From an uncultured delta proteobacterium (GTDB lineage Bacteria > Myxococcota_A > UBA9160 > UBA4427), in the NCBI GenBank assembly GCA_963822965.1, contig CAWGJT010000013.1, positions 32,001 to 96,000 on the forward strand: 64,000 nt of DNA, read 5' to 3'. Shown here in pieces: positions 28,528-38,487 of this stretch. A program made the position numbers and the translations under genes. Position 1 is the stretch's first letter. Every line of letters starts with the position of its first letter. The notes beneath the pieces were generated by a model. That model was not told the DNA's origin. It searched no databases and saw nothing but the letters and a program-made list of their open reading frames with translations.

Positions 28528-29580
28528 TCACTCGCTGCCGCGCAGGAAGTTGCCCATGATGCTCTGGTAGGCCTCGCAGGGCGTCCAGCACTGGGGGCAG
28601 TCGTACTCCCAGATCTCCCGCTGCAGCGCGTCCGCCTCCTGGCTGCGCCACAAGGTGCCGAGGTCGTAGTCCACCTCGCGCAGGCTGCCGAGCTTCTTGT
28701 CGTAGATCGTGCAGGGAAAGACGTTGCCCCAGGAGTCCACGAAGCACGAGGACCGCATGGCATGACAACGCATGGGCGTGCGGCCCGTCTGGAGATAGCG
28801 GCGCACCTGCCGCAGGTAGGTGCGCTCGAGATAGTCGACGGGCCCGATCCCGAAGCCGCGCAGCTCCGCGTAGGCGTCGGTGGCGCGGACGAGATCCGCC
28901 GGGTCGATCCGCTGCTTCAGGCCCAGGTCGTCGTTGTGGAGGTAGTGGCCCTCGTTCACGATGTTCACGTGGAAGTCGCGGTACTCGAGATCCGGGATCT
29001 CGCGCTTGGCGGCTGCAAAGGCGTCGGGGAAGTGGTTCACGTTGGTGGCCGACAGGGTCATGCCCAGCACCACCTCCACCCCGGAAATCTCTCGCAGGCG
29101 GCGGAAGGTCTCGAGCTGGCGCCGATAGCCGCCCTCGACGCCCCGGATGCGGTCGTTCGTGGCCTCGTCTCCGTCGGTGCTGATGGTGATGATGAGCTTC
29201 TCGGGCTTCATCTTCACGACTTCGCGCGTGTAGCGCACCACCTGGTCGGTCAGGTAGCCGTTGGTGGGGTAGTGGAGCATCAGCAGGCTCTTGCAGCTCT
29301 CCAGCAACGCCTGGGCGATGTCCACGAAGTCCTTGCGGAGGGAGATCTCGCCGCCCGTGAGGTCCACCCAGGAGAAGCGGTTCGAGCGCGCGAAGAAGGT
29401 GCGGATCTCTTCCAGGCTGAGCTCGTCCCGGGGCTTCATCTTCCAGATGTTGCACGTCTGGCACTTGTAGTTGCACCAGTAGGTGATGCAGAAGGTGAGC
29501 TTCATCGGAAAGGGCAGGCGCCCGGCGTTGGCGCGCGCCGCCCGGGCCGCGAGGGCCGCGTAGGGAAGGATGCGCGCCAC
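28528..29580 (-). CDS. Radical SAM protein with C-terminal SPASM/twitch-like Cys cluster
   Basis: CNYKCQTC, LTGGE, CHA...VFPC...CPQCWTPC. Confidence 0.9.
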   Translation of the reverse strand: MARILPYAALAARAARANAGRLPFPMKLTFCITYWCNYKCQTCNIWKMKPRDELSLEEIRTFFARSNRFSWVDLTGGEISLRKDFVDIAQALLESCKSLLMLHYPTNGYLTDQVVRYTREVVKMKPEKLIITISTDGDEATNDRIRGVEGGYRRQLETFRRLREISGVEVVLGMTLSATNVNHFPDAFAAAKREIPDLEYRDFHVNIVNEGHYLHNDDLGLKQRIDPADLVRATDAYAELRGFGIGPVDYLERTYLRQVRRYLQTGRTPMRCHAMRSSCFVDSWGNVFPCTIYDKKLGSLREVDYDLGTLWRSQEADALQREIWEYDCPQCWTPCEAYQSIMGNFLRGSE

Positions 29581-29582
29581 GC

Positions 29583-30941
29583 TCAGCCCGCCACCGCCGC
29601 TCGGGCCCGGGCCTCGTCCCCGAGATAGCGATGCTCGATGCCCTCGAGAACCTCGGCGACGGAGATCCCGCGGATGCAGACCGGGTTGCTGCAGTAGCTC
29701 ATCTTGAGGTTGTAGTTCGTGATGCAGGGGCTGCAGTAGAGATCGCCGTAGAAGATGAGGTGCTCCTCGGGGTTCATCGGACCGTACTGCAGCGGGCTCG
29801 TCGGCCCGAAGAAGGTGACCACCGGCGTGCCCACCACCGCCGACAGGTGCATCACCGAGGTGTCGTTGGAGACGGTGAGGGTTGCGCGCTGGAGGAGCGC
29901 CAGCAGCTCGCCGATGCCCAGCCGGTCGCAGGCGCTGACGGCGGTCTCGTGCTTCATGAGCGAGAGCGTCCGGCGCACCAGCTCCTGCTCCTCCTCTCCC
30001 TTCCCGGTGAAGACCACGCGGGCCCCGTAGCGCAGGACGAGCGCGTCGCAGAGCGCAGCGAACGACTCCACGGGCCAGCGCTTGAGGGGCACGTCGTAGA
30101 AGTTGGGCCCGCTGCCCACGTGGACCGCGACCAGGGGCGCGCGTTCCGATGGCTCCCCGCCGGCGGCCCCGGCACCGGGACGCTCGAAGGACTCCGCGAG
30201 GAAGCGATCCACCGCCTGGGTCTCCTCGGGCCGGGTCCGGACGCCGAAGGGCGCGGGGCTCGGGTCGAGGCCCAGGGGCTGCAGCAGCCGGGAGAAGATG
30301 CCCGACATGTGCTGGCTGTCGGTGTAGACCACGCGCGTCGTGTAGAGCCAGCCGCGCCGCTGGCCGTCGGTGTTGAACCCGATGCGTTCCGGCGCTCCGG
30401 TCAGGTAGGCCACGATCGTCGAGATCTTGATGAACTGCTCGAAGTCGATCACCAGGTCGTAGTCCCGTCGGCGCGCCGCGCGGAAGATGTTCCACAGCGA
30501 GCCCAGCACCCGGAAGATCCCGCCCAGGCGCAGCGGAATCGTTTCGTCCACGAGCCCGCAGCGCGCCACCAGGTCGCAGTTCGAGTCCAGGGTGAGCATG
30601 TCGATGCCGGCGTTCGGGTAGGCCTGCCGCAGGCGCGCCAGGACGGGCATCAGGATGGCGACGTTGCCGAGCCCGTACGTCTTGATGGTGAGGATCCGCC
30701 GGGGCGTCGGGATGGCGGGCTTGTCCGCGGTGGGCGGCGTGGTGGCGCGCATGGGCGGCAGATGCCGACCGGTGAGCCGCGCGTGCGCGTAGAGGCACGC
30801 GCAGATCACGAGCCCGCCCCAGGTGTCGAGCATCCGGGCGAAGCCCTTGTTGACGTCCTGTTCGGGCTTGGGAATGGGGGCTCCTTCGGGCGCAGCAGTA
30901 TACCACGCGCACTCCCCCGGGATGACGACCACCCCCGGCAT
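29583..30941 (-). CDS. GT9 heptosyltransferase-like glycosyltransferase; start uncertain
   Basis: GLGNVAIL, YDLVIDF, KRWP, VSNDTSVMHLSAVVGTPVVTFFGPT. Confidence 0.87.
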   Translation of the reverse strand: MPGVVVIPGECAWYTAAPEGAPIPKPEQDVNKGFARMLDTWGGLVICACLYAHARLTGRHLPPMRATTPPTADKPAIPTPRRILTIKTYGLGNVAILMPVLARLRQAYPNAGIDMLTLDSNCDLVARCGLVDETIPLRLGGIFRVLGSLWNIFRAARRRDYDLVIDFEQFIKISTIVAYLTGAPERIGFNTDGQRRGWLYTTRVVYTDSQHMSGIFSRLLQPLGLDPSPAPFGVRTRPEETQAVDRFLAESFERPGAGAAGGEPSERAPLVAVHVGSGPNFYDVPLKRWPVESFAALCDALVLRYGARVVFTGKGEEEQELVRRTLSLMKHETAVSACDRLGIGELLALLQRATLTVSNDTSVMHLSAVVGTPVVTFFGPTSPLQYGPMNPEEHLIFYGDLYCSPCITNYNLKMSYCSNPVCIRGISVAEVLEGIEHRYLGDEARARAAVAG

Positions 30942-31071
30942 CGGGGACCGGCAGGACGTACGCATCACGCGCCTTCCGCGCGGCTTCCACACGCCTTCGA
31001 CACGAGGGGGCGACCCGAACGGCGGTCGGGGGCGACTCACGACGGATGGCACACGGGATATGCTTGCGCAG

Positions 31072-32850
31072 ATGAGCGCTCGCTCCTTCGGTGTCGCCGC
31101 CACGGCCATCCTGCTGCTGGCCGCGCTGCTTCGCTTCGACGCCCTGGGCAGCGGGCTCCCGAACCCGCGCACCCGGCCCGACGAGCTGCCCGTCGTCCAG
31201 GAGATGGCGCGTCCCGCCCGCGGCGACTTCGCGCTGCAGATGGTGATCTATCCCAACGCCTACGTGTACGCGAGCTGGCTGTGGGTGGAGGCGGGCCTGC
31301 GCGTCGCGCCGCTCGTCGGCGTCGAGCCGCCGGGGGGCTTCCAGAAGACGCTGCTGCTGGCGCCGGAGGACATCTTCTGGCTGGGAAGGTCCCTCTCCGC
31401 CTTCGCGGGGACCGCCGCCGTGCTGCTCGTGCTGCTCCTCGCACGACGCGAGTGGGGACGCGAGGCGGGCCTCGCAGCGGGGCTGCTGCTGGCGACCTGC
31501 TTCCTGCACGCCCGGGACAGCCACGCCCTCAAGCCCGACGCGCTCCTCTCGTTCACCGTGCTGCTCTCGCTCGCCGCCTCGGCGGCCCTGGCCGAGCGCC
31601 GCTCCGCCTCGCGGGTGGCGTGGGCCGGCGTGGCCTTCGGCCTGGCGATGGCCACGAAGTACACGGGCATCCTGATGGCGGCTCCGCTCTACGCGGCGGG
31701 CGTGATGGCGAGCCCGGCGCGGGGCTGGCGACGCGCACTGCCCTGGCCCGCCCTCGTGGCGGGCGGGGTCGGCGCGGCGGTCTTCGCGCTCACCTCGCCG
31801 CAGCTGGTCTTCCACGGGCCCCTCTTCGAGCTCATCCGCTCGATGGCCGGCATCGTGCTGCCCGGTCTCTTTCCCAACACGCCCGACGCCTCCCTGGTGG
31901 GAGCGGGGCTGCATCCCGACGCGCTGTCGGTGCCGCCCGGTGTCGACCTGGGCGCCTACGCCGATCGATCCTGGTATCACGGGCTCGTCTTCCACACGAC
32001 GTTCACGCTCTGGTACGGCGTCGGCGCCCTGGCCACCTTGCTCGCTCCGTTCGCAGTCGCGTGGGGGATCGCGCGGCGGCGGGCGCTGCCCGTGCTGGCG
32101 TCCGTCGCCTGCATCGTGCACTTCGTGGTGATGGGTCTCACGCCCGCGGTGACGGCTCGCTACCTGACGCCCATGCTGCCCATGCTGCTGCTGCTCGAGG
32201 CGGGTCTTCTCGCGGCCGCCGCCCGGCGTCTCGTACCCGGCCGCCCCGCCCTGGCCCTCGCCGTCGCCACGCTGGTGGTGGCCGCCCAGCCGCTGGCGGC
32301 GATCGTCGGCCACAACCGCATCGCCAGCCGGACCGACACCCGGGTGCTGGCCACGCGCTGGATGGAGGCGCACCTGCCGCCGGGCTCGCGAATCGCCGTC
32401 GCGGGCTCGGTGCTCATGCCCTACGGGCAGCCGGTGCCGCCGCCGGGCATGCGGGTGGTGACGAACCGGCTCGAGCCCGACGCGCTGGAAGCGGCGCGGG
32501 TGGACGTGGTGGTCGTCCACGACCATCCGCTCTACTTCTCGACCGTGGACCCGGCGGCCCTGGCGGCGCTCTCGGGGCGGCTGCGCGTGCTGGCGGACTT
32601 CGACCCGCGCGAAGGGGTCGGTGACGGGCCCGAGCCGGTATTCGAGGGGACCGATGCCTACTACATTCCGTTCCACGGCTTCGACCGCGTGACGCGCCCC
32701 GGCCCGCACATCACCCTCTACGCCTTCCAGCCGAAGACGGGAGACGCCGCGCCCGAAACGGGCGCCGGTGGAGCACCGGCAGCCGGGACGGCCGCAGCGG
32801 CAGACCCCACAGCGACGGTCGCGACGGAAGAGAAGAGAGGAAGCGAATGA
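31072..32850 (+). CDS. GT-C (ArnT/PMT-like) glycosyltransferase
   Basis: LRF...RPDE...YP...GRSLS...ATKY; multi-TM. Confidence 0.8.
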   Translation: MSARSFGVAATAILLLAALLRFDALGSGLPNPRTRPDELPVVQEMARPARGDFALQMVIYPNAYVYASWLWVEAGLRVAPLVGVEPPGGFQKTLLLAPEDIFWLGRSLSAFAGTAAVLLVLLLARREWGREAGLAAGLLLATCFLHARDSHALKPDALLSFTVLLSLAASAALAERRSASRVAWAGVAFGLAMATKYTGILMAAPLYAAGVMASPARGWRRALPWPALVAGGVGAAVFALTSPQLVFHGPLFELIRSMAGIVLPGLFPNTPDASLVGAGLHPDALSVPPGVDLGAYADRSWYHGLVFHTTFTLWYGVGALATLLAPFAVAWGIARRRALPVLASVACIVHFVVMGLTPAVTARYLTPMLPMLLLLEAGLLAAAARRLVPGRPALALAVATLVVAAQPLAAIVGHNRIASRTDTRVLATRWMEAHLPPGSRIAVAGSVLMPYGQPVPPPGMRVVTNRLEPDALEAARVDVVVVHDHPLYFSTVDPAALAALSGRLRVLADFDPREGVGDGPEPVFEGTDAYYIPFHGFDRVTRPGPHITLYAFQPKTGDAAPETGAGGAPAAGTAAAADPTATVATEEKRGSE

Positions 32851-33896
32851 AGAGCCTCGTCACGGGCAGCTCGGGGCTGCTCGGGAAATGCCTCGTGCAA
32901 CGCCTGGAGCAGCGCGGAGACGCGCTGCAGCTGCTCGATCTCGAGCCGCCGCCGCCTTCCTGCGCGCATCCCTTTCACTGCGCCGACGTCTCCGACGAGG
33001 CCGTGCTGCGCGAGGCCGCCCGGGGCACCGAGGTGATCTACCACCTCGCAGCCGCCCAGCGCATGAAGCCGCAGTTCGCGACCTGGAGCGAGGAGGAGGT
33101 CTTCGAGCGCAACCTCGACGCCGTCCGCAAGGTGCTGGCCGTGGCCGCGGCGGAGAAGGTCCGCAAGGTGGTCTTCATCTCGAGCTCCGGCGTCTACGGC
33201 TATCCGGAACGGCTGCCCTGCCGCGAAGACCACCCGACCAAGCCCCTCGGCGAGTACGGGCGATCGAAGCTGCTGGCCGAGGCGCTGTGCCTCGAGGCGA
33301 TGGACCGCCAGGGCCTCGACGTGACCATGTTCCGTCCCATGAGCCTCTTCGGTCCCGACATGTCCGGCATCTTCGCGATGCTCTTCGAGTGGGTGCGAAC
33401 CGGCGCGCCGGTCTTCATGCTGGGCTCGGGGCGCAACCGCGTACAGGCCGTGAGCGCCTGGGACGTGGCGGACGCGTGCCTGCTGGCGGCGGCCGCTTCG
33501 CGACGCGGCCGCCCGATCCTCAACCTCGGCGCGGATCCCGACGGCGTCCCCACCGTGGAGGAGATGGTGCGCGCGCTGATCGCCCACGCGGGGACGCGCT
33601 CGCCCCTGGTGAAGATTCCCGCCGGTCTGCTGCGGACGGGAGCCCGGGCCCTCTACGCGATCGGGCTCTCCCCCATCGTCCCGGAGCACTACATCCTGGC
33701 CGACAGCAACTTCATCCTCGACATCTCCGCCGCGCGCGAGGACCTCGGCTGGGAGCCACGCTACGGCAACATCGAGATGATGTGCGACGCGTACGACAGC
33801 TACGTGGCCGCGGGCGAGGCCGCTCGCGGCACCCCGCACCCGCTGCTGCGCCTGCTCGATGCCGTGGTCCCGCACCGGGGCCGCCCCGCGTCCTGA
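32847..33896 (+). CDS. NAD-dependent epimerase/dehydratase
   Basis: VTGSSGLLG, ISSSGVYG, YGRSK. Confidence 0.9.
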   Translation: MKSLVTGSSGLLGKCLVQRLEQRGDALQLLDLEPPPPSCAHPFHCADVSDEAVLREAARGTEVIYHLAAAQRMKPQFATWSEEEVFERNLDAVRKVLAVAAAEKVRKVVFISSSGVYGYPERLPCREDHPTKPLGEYGRSKLLAEALCLEAMDRQGLDVTMFRPMSLFGPDMSGIFAMLFEWVRTGAPVFMLGSGRNRVQAVSAWDVADACLLAAAASRRGRPILNLGADPDGVPTVEEMVRALIAHAGTRSPLVKIPAGLLRTGARALYAIGLSPIVPEHYILADSNFILDISAAREDLGWEPRYGNIEMMCDAYDSYVAAGEAARGTPHPLLRLLDAVVPHRGRPAS

Positions 33897-34035
33897 TCCG
33901 GGGTTCTGCAGCACCCTGCTAGCGTCCCGATTCCACGGCGGCCACGGGGCCCCACCGGAGCCTCTGCTTGGCGACCATCGTGATTCTCTACGCGCGCGCG
34001 CAGGTGTTTGCCCGGCTCGCGGTGGCGGGCGCCTG

Positions 34036-35349
34036 ATGGCATTCGGTCCGCCGCCGAGGCCGGCACCGCCGTCGCCGGCGGGACCGCCGCCGCTCCGCCG
34101 CGGCGGCAGGTTCCGGGGAGCGGTCGTCGCTCTCGAGAACCGCGAGTTCCGCTGGCTCTTCGCGAGCAACATGGCCTTCTTCCTGGCCATGGGCGGCCAG
34201 GGCATCGTGCGCGCCTGGATCGCCTTCGACCTGACCCACAGCGAGCTGGCCCTCGGTATCGTGAGCTTCACCGTGGCGGTTCCCATGCTGCTGGTGGCGC
34301 CGGTGGGGGGCGCCATCTCGGACCGCTTCGAGCGACGGAACCTCATCGCGCTGGCCCAGGGCGTCGTGCTGGTCTCGGAGCTCGTCGTGCTGACCCTGCT
34401 GTGGACCGACCGGCTGCAGTTCTGGCACCTCGCGACCGCGGCCGGATTCATGGGCTGCGCGTTTCCGTTCATGATGCCGGCCCGCCAGGCCCTGGTGGCG
34501 AACGTCGTGGGGCGGCGCGGCCTGCCGAACGCCATGGCGCTCGGGATGGCGGGCATGAACGTGACGCGCGTGGTGGGACCGGCGATGTCGGGCTTCCTGC
34601 TCGGGCCCCTGGGCGCCAAGGGCACCTACCTCTTCGGCGTCAGCCTCTACGCCATCGCCCTCGTCGCCACGCTCTTCGTGAAGCCCCATCCGCACGAGCA
34701 GAAGCCCACCACCTCGGTGCTCCGCAACATCGTCGAGGGAACGCGCTACGTCCGCAGCAATCGCCTGGTGCTGGTGCTGATCTTCTTCGGCCTGGTTCCC
34801 ATGTTCCTGGCGATGCCCTTCCAGACCCTGATGGTGGTGTTCGCCGAGAAGGTCTGGCACACGGGATCGACCGGGCTCGGCCTGCTCAGCGCGGCCTCCG
34901 GCATCGGCGGGGTGGCGGGCTCGTTCTACGTCGCCTGGCACGCCGACTCGCACCACCGGGTGCGCCGCATGATGGCGAGCATCGTGGGCTTCGGGAGCTT
35001 CCTGCTGCTCTTCTCCATCACGCCCTGGTTCTCCAGCGCGCTCGGCCTGGTCTTCGTCGCCAACGCCTGCGCGAGCACCTACGGCACCCTCAACAGCACC
35101 GCCATCCACATGCTGGTGCCCGACTCGGTGCGGGGCCGCATCTCGAGCTTCCTGATGATGTCGTTCTCGCTGCCCCTGCTGGGCACCCTACCCATGAGTG
35201 CCGTCGCCGAGGCCTGGGGCGCGCCCGTGGCGGTCGGCTGCGGGTCGGTGCTCGCGGTGGCGGTGGCCGTGCTCTTCTACGTCTCGAGCTCCGCGCTGCG
35301 GGGCATGGACCGCACGGTGCGGGCGGCCCTCGACGAGCTTCCCGAGTAG
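34036..35349 (+). CDS. MFS transporter
   Basis: GGAISDRFERR motif A; about 12 TM segments. Confidence 0.9.
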   Translation: MAFGPPPRPAPPSPAGPPPLRRGGRFRGAVVALENREFRWLFASNMAFFLAMGGQGIVRAWIAFDLTHSELALGIVSFTVAVPMLLVAPVGGAISDRFERRNLIALAQGVVLVSELVVLTLLWTDRLQFWHLATAAGFMGCAFPFMMPARQALVANVVGRRGLPNAMALGMAGMNVTRVVGPAMSGFLLGPLGAKGTYLFGVSLYAIALVATLFVKPHPHEQKPTTSVLRNIVEGTRYVRSNRLVLVLIFFGLVPMFLAMPFQTLMVVFAEKVWHTGSTGLGLLSAASGIGGVAGSFYVAWHADSHHRVRRMMASIVGFGSFLLLFSITPWFSSALGLVFVANACASTYGTLNSTAIHMLVPDSVRGRISSFLMMSFSLPLLGTLPMSAVAEAWGAPVAVGCGSVLAVAVAVLFYVSSSALRGMDRTVRAALDELPE

Positions 35350-35456
35350 CGACGCCGCCACGCGATCCACGCCGGAGCCCGTCTGGTATCGTCGGCCACG
35401 CCATCGCCCGGCGGCTGCTCGCGCGCCGCCGCGCGAAAGACCCGGGAGAACGGATC

Positions 35457-35897
35457 ATGTCGATGTCTCGCAGTGCCCTGGGCGCTGCCCTCTTCGCGCT
35501 GATTCTCGCGAGCGCCGCGGACGCCCGTTCCGCACCCAGCGCCGAGGAGGGCCGGCAGCTCTACCAGCGCCACTGCGGCTCGTGCCACGGGGTGACGGGC
35601 GCAGGCGACGGGCCGGTCGCCGCCGTCCTGAAGGTGCCCCCCGCGAATCTCCAGCACCTGGGCGAACGCTACGGCCGGCCGCTGCCGGAATCGCTGCTGG
35701 CCTATATCGACGGACGCAAGCAGGTGGCCGCCCACGGCGACCGTGAGATGCCCGTCTGGGGTCGCTCCTTCATCTTCATCCTCGAGGACGAGTCGCTGCC
35801 CGAGGAGAGCGAGGTTCACGCGGTGCTCCAGTCCATCCTCCTGTACCTGGACTCGATCCAACCCGGCGGAGCGAACACCCCCCGCACCGCGCCCTGA
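35457..35897 (+). CDS. Monoheme c-type cytochrome
   Basis: Signal peptide, CGSCHG, EMPVWG. Confidence 0.88.
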   Translation: MSMSRSALGAALFALILASAADARSAPSAEEGRQLYQRHCGSCHGVTGAGDGPVAAVLKVPPANLQHLGERYGRPLPESLLAYIDGRKQVAAHGDREMPVWGRSFIFILEDESLPEESEVHAVLQSILLYLDSIQPGGANTPRTAP

Positions 35898-35921
35898 AGG
35901 CTCCCGCCGGCGGGCGGGGTC

Positions 35922-37445
35922 TCAGTCTTCGATGCGACTCGCGAGCACCCGGGCGAGCCGCGCCTCCTCGCGACGCAGGTGTACGGTCTTGCCGCCCGTC
36001 ACGTAGACGAGACCCTTTTTCGCGCCGCGGGGCTTCTTCACGTTGTGGATCGGCACCACGTGCACGTCCGCGCGGCTGGCGTTCTTCTGCTTCGAGAAGT
36101 GCACCGCCAGCTCGCAGGCGTCGAGCACCGATTCCTGGGGCGGGTCGGGTCGCCCCTCGGTCCGCAGGACGACGTGGCTCCCGGGCGCGCCGTCGAGGTG
36201 GAAGAAGAGATCCTTTCCCGTGGCGAGCCGGGTGCTCAGGTAGTCGTTGGCCTCGTCGCTCCGGCCCACCCAGATCTCGAGACCGTCGCGGCTCCGATAG
36301 CGGCGGGGAAGCAGAGGACGGGGGACGCCCCGCAGCCGCTGGGGCAGCAGGCTCTCCCGGGGCGGCGCCTCCGCCCGGGCCGCCGGCGCCGGCCGATCGA
36401 GCAGCTTCGCGATCTCGGGACGGGCCGCGATGGCGGCGAGCTCCGCCGCCGCCGCCGGATCGTCGGGACGCGCGGCCAACGCCTCGACGCGCTCGTCCAG
36501 GGCCACGACCTCGTCGTGCCAGGCGCGGGCGGCGTCGTGCTGCCCTCCCGCCTTCGTGAGCCGGCGCAGCAGCTTGTGGTAGCGCTTGAAGATCGCCTCG
36601 AGGTTGGCACGAGCGGACTTCGTCGCGTCGAGGGGGATCACCACGTCGGCGCCCGTCTCCCAGTCGCGCACCGTCACCTCGCCGGCACCCGGCGCCACCG
36701 AGGCGAGGGCGGACTTCAGCAGGTCGCCCCGGCGCTGCAGGGCGGCCACCTCGTCCGCCTCGGCCAGCTCGGCGTCCAGCCGCTCGAGCCTCCGCTTTGC
36801 GTTCTTGCGCTCCTTGCGGATCGCCTTCTGGAGACCGCGCACCAGGTCCGCCGCCCCCTGCTGCGACTCGCGGTCGCCGTAGTGGGCCTCGACGGCGGCC
36901 AGGAAGTCCGCGTCCGGGACCTCCGCGAAGCGGTCCCGGCCGGCGTCCGCGAGACCGCCGCCCGGGCTGGCGAACGAGCCGCCCAGGGAGAGCTCGGGGC
37001 GCGTCTCCTTGAGGGACCGAAGGGTCGCGCGCAGGCGCCCTTCGGCGTCGAGCGCGTAGACGTTGCTGCGCCGCCCGAAGATCGAGAGCAGCAGCTCGAA
37101 GTCGCCGTCCCGGGCCTCGAAGCGCACCGCGAGCTGCCGGTCCCGGTCGCGAATGCCCGCCCGGACGAGCCGCGCGCGAGAGCCGTGGGCGCGCAGCCAG
37201 GCGGTGAGCGCGGGCGGCTGCTCGCTGGCCTTCGGCGTCGACGCGAGCTCGCTCACCCGCGCGACGCCCGGGGCGGCGCTGAACAGCAGGTGCCGCTTGC
37301 CGGCCTGGCCCGTCTCGGGGTTCCGGCGGTACAGGGTCACCACGAGCCGCTCGTCGTCGGGCTGCAGCCACCGCTCCACCCGGGCCCCCGCGAAGTCGCG
37401 GTCGAGGATGCGCGCGGCGCGCTCGAGCTCGCTGAGGCTCAACAT
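35922..37445 (-). CDS. rqcH: NFACT/RqcH ribosome quality-control factor
   Basis: IFGRRSN, coiled-coil, IWVGRSDEANDYL, FFHLDGAPGSHVV, VKKPRGAKKGLV. Confidence 0.85.
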   Translation of the reverse strand: MLSLSELERAARILDRDFAGARVERWLQPDDERLVVTLYRRNPETGQAGKRHLLFSAAPGVARVSELASTPKASEQPPALTAWLRAHGSRARLVRAGIRDRDRQLAVRFEARDGDFELLLSIFGRRSNVYALDAEGRLRATLRSLKETRPELSLGGSFASPGGGLADAGRDRFAEVPDADFLAAVEAHYGDRESQQGAADLVRGLQKAIRKERKNAKRRLERLDAELAEADEVAALQRRGDLLKSALASVAPGAGEVTVRDWETGADVVIPLDATKSARANLEAIFKRYHKLLRRLTKAGGQHDAARAWHDEVVALDERVEALAARPDDPAAAAELAAIAARPEIAKLLDRPAPAARAEAPPRESLLPQRLRGVPRPLLPRRYRSRDGLEIWVGRSDEANDYLSTRLATGKDLFFHLDGAPGSHVVLRTEGRPDPPQESVLDACELAVHFSKQKNASRADVHVVPIHNVKKPRGAKKGLVYVTGGKTVHLRREEARLARVLASRIED

Positions 37446-37513
37446 GGTGGAGCTTCCCCGATCTGCGTCCGCCTGCGCCCGACGACGCGGAGCGGCTCCG
37501 GCAACGCGGACGG

Positions 37514-38389
37514 CTACTTCTGGCACCGGGGACAGTAGTGGGTGCCCCGCTGCGCGACGACCTTGCGGCGGATCTCGGCGCCGCACTCGCGGCAGGGCTC
37601 GCCCGCGCGGCCGTACACCCGACGCTCGTCCTGGTAGGCGCCGTCGGCGCCGTCCGGAGCCACGTAGTCGCTGATCGAGGAGCCGCCCGTCTCGATGGAA
37701 CGCAGCAGCACCCGCCGCAGGCCCTCCGCGATGCGGTCGCACTCGAGGCGGGTGACCCGTCCCGCGGCGCGACCCGGACGCACGCCGGCCAGGAACAGGG
37801 CCTCGTCGGCGTAGATGTTGCCGCAGCCCGCGACGACCTTCTGGTCGAGCAGAAGCGCCTTGATGGGCGCCCGCCGCCTGCGGGTGGCCCGGAAGAGCAG
37901 CGCTCCGCTCACGTCGAGGGCGTCGCCGCCGAGGAGCGCCAGCCGCGGGTGCCCCTCGCCCGGTGCCAGCCAGATCACCTTGCCGAACTTCCGGACGTCG
38001 CGCATGTAGACCGAGGGCCCCGCGTCCGCGAAGTCGAAGCGCAGGTGGGTGTGGGCGTCGGGAAGGAAGCCCCGCTGCTCTTCGGGCGCCAGGCTCGCGC
38101 GGGCCGTCGCCGAGAGCAGGCGCGGGCTGGAGACGCCGCTCGAGAAGAGCTGTCCCGTCATCCCCAGGTGCACCAGCAGCCGGGCGCCGTCATCGAGGTT
38201 GGCGACGAGGTACTTGCCGTGCCGCTCGAGGCTCGAGACGGTGCGATCGCGCAGCGCGGCGCGCAGCTTCGCCACCTTCGTGACGAAGAAGTAGCTGTCG
38301 GCGGTCGTGTGCAGCGCCGCGATTCGGCGGCCCACGAGCACGGGCTCGATGCGACGGCGGGTGACCTCGACTTCGGGAAGCTCGGGCAT
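37514..38389 (-). CDS. mutM: Formamidopyrimidine-DNA glycosylase
   Basis: MPELPEVE, HLGMTG, GNIYADE, C-terminal Zn finger ending CPRCQ. Confidence 0.96.
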   Translation of the reverse strand: MPELPEVEVTRRRIEPVLVGRRIAALHTTADSYFFVTKVAKLRAALRDRTVSSLERHGKYLVANLDDGARLLVHLGMTGQLFSSGVSSPRLLSATARASLAPEEQRGFLPDAHTHLRFDFADAGPSVYMRDVRKFGKVIWLAPGEGHPRLALLGGDALDVSGALLFRATRRRRAPIKALLLDQKVVAGCGNIYADEALFLAGVRPGRAAGRVTRLECDRIAEGLRRVLLRSIETGGSSISDYVAPDGADGAYQDERRVYGRAGEPCRECGAEIRRKVVAQRGTHYCPRCQK

Positions 38390-38487
38390 GCGTCCGGGAG
38401 TCTACGACGGCCGCAGCGGGGCGCGCTCCCGGGCTTGCTGGTAAGCTCGGGAGCCCGACACCGACCCCGTCCCGGAGCGCCACCGCC

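Noticed and set aside
38390..38487. T-box or other leader upstream of ileS
   Set aside because: Only 98 bp shared with divergent mutM; no T-box consensus.
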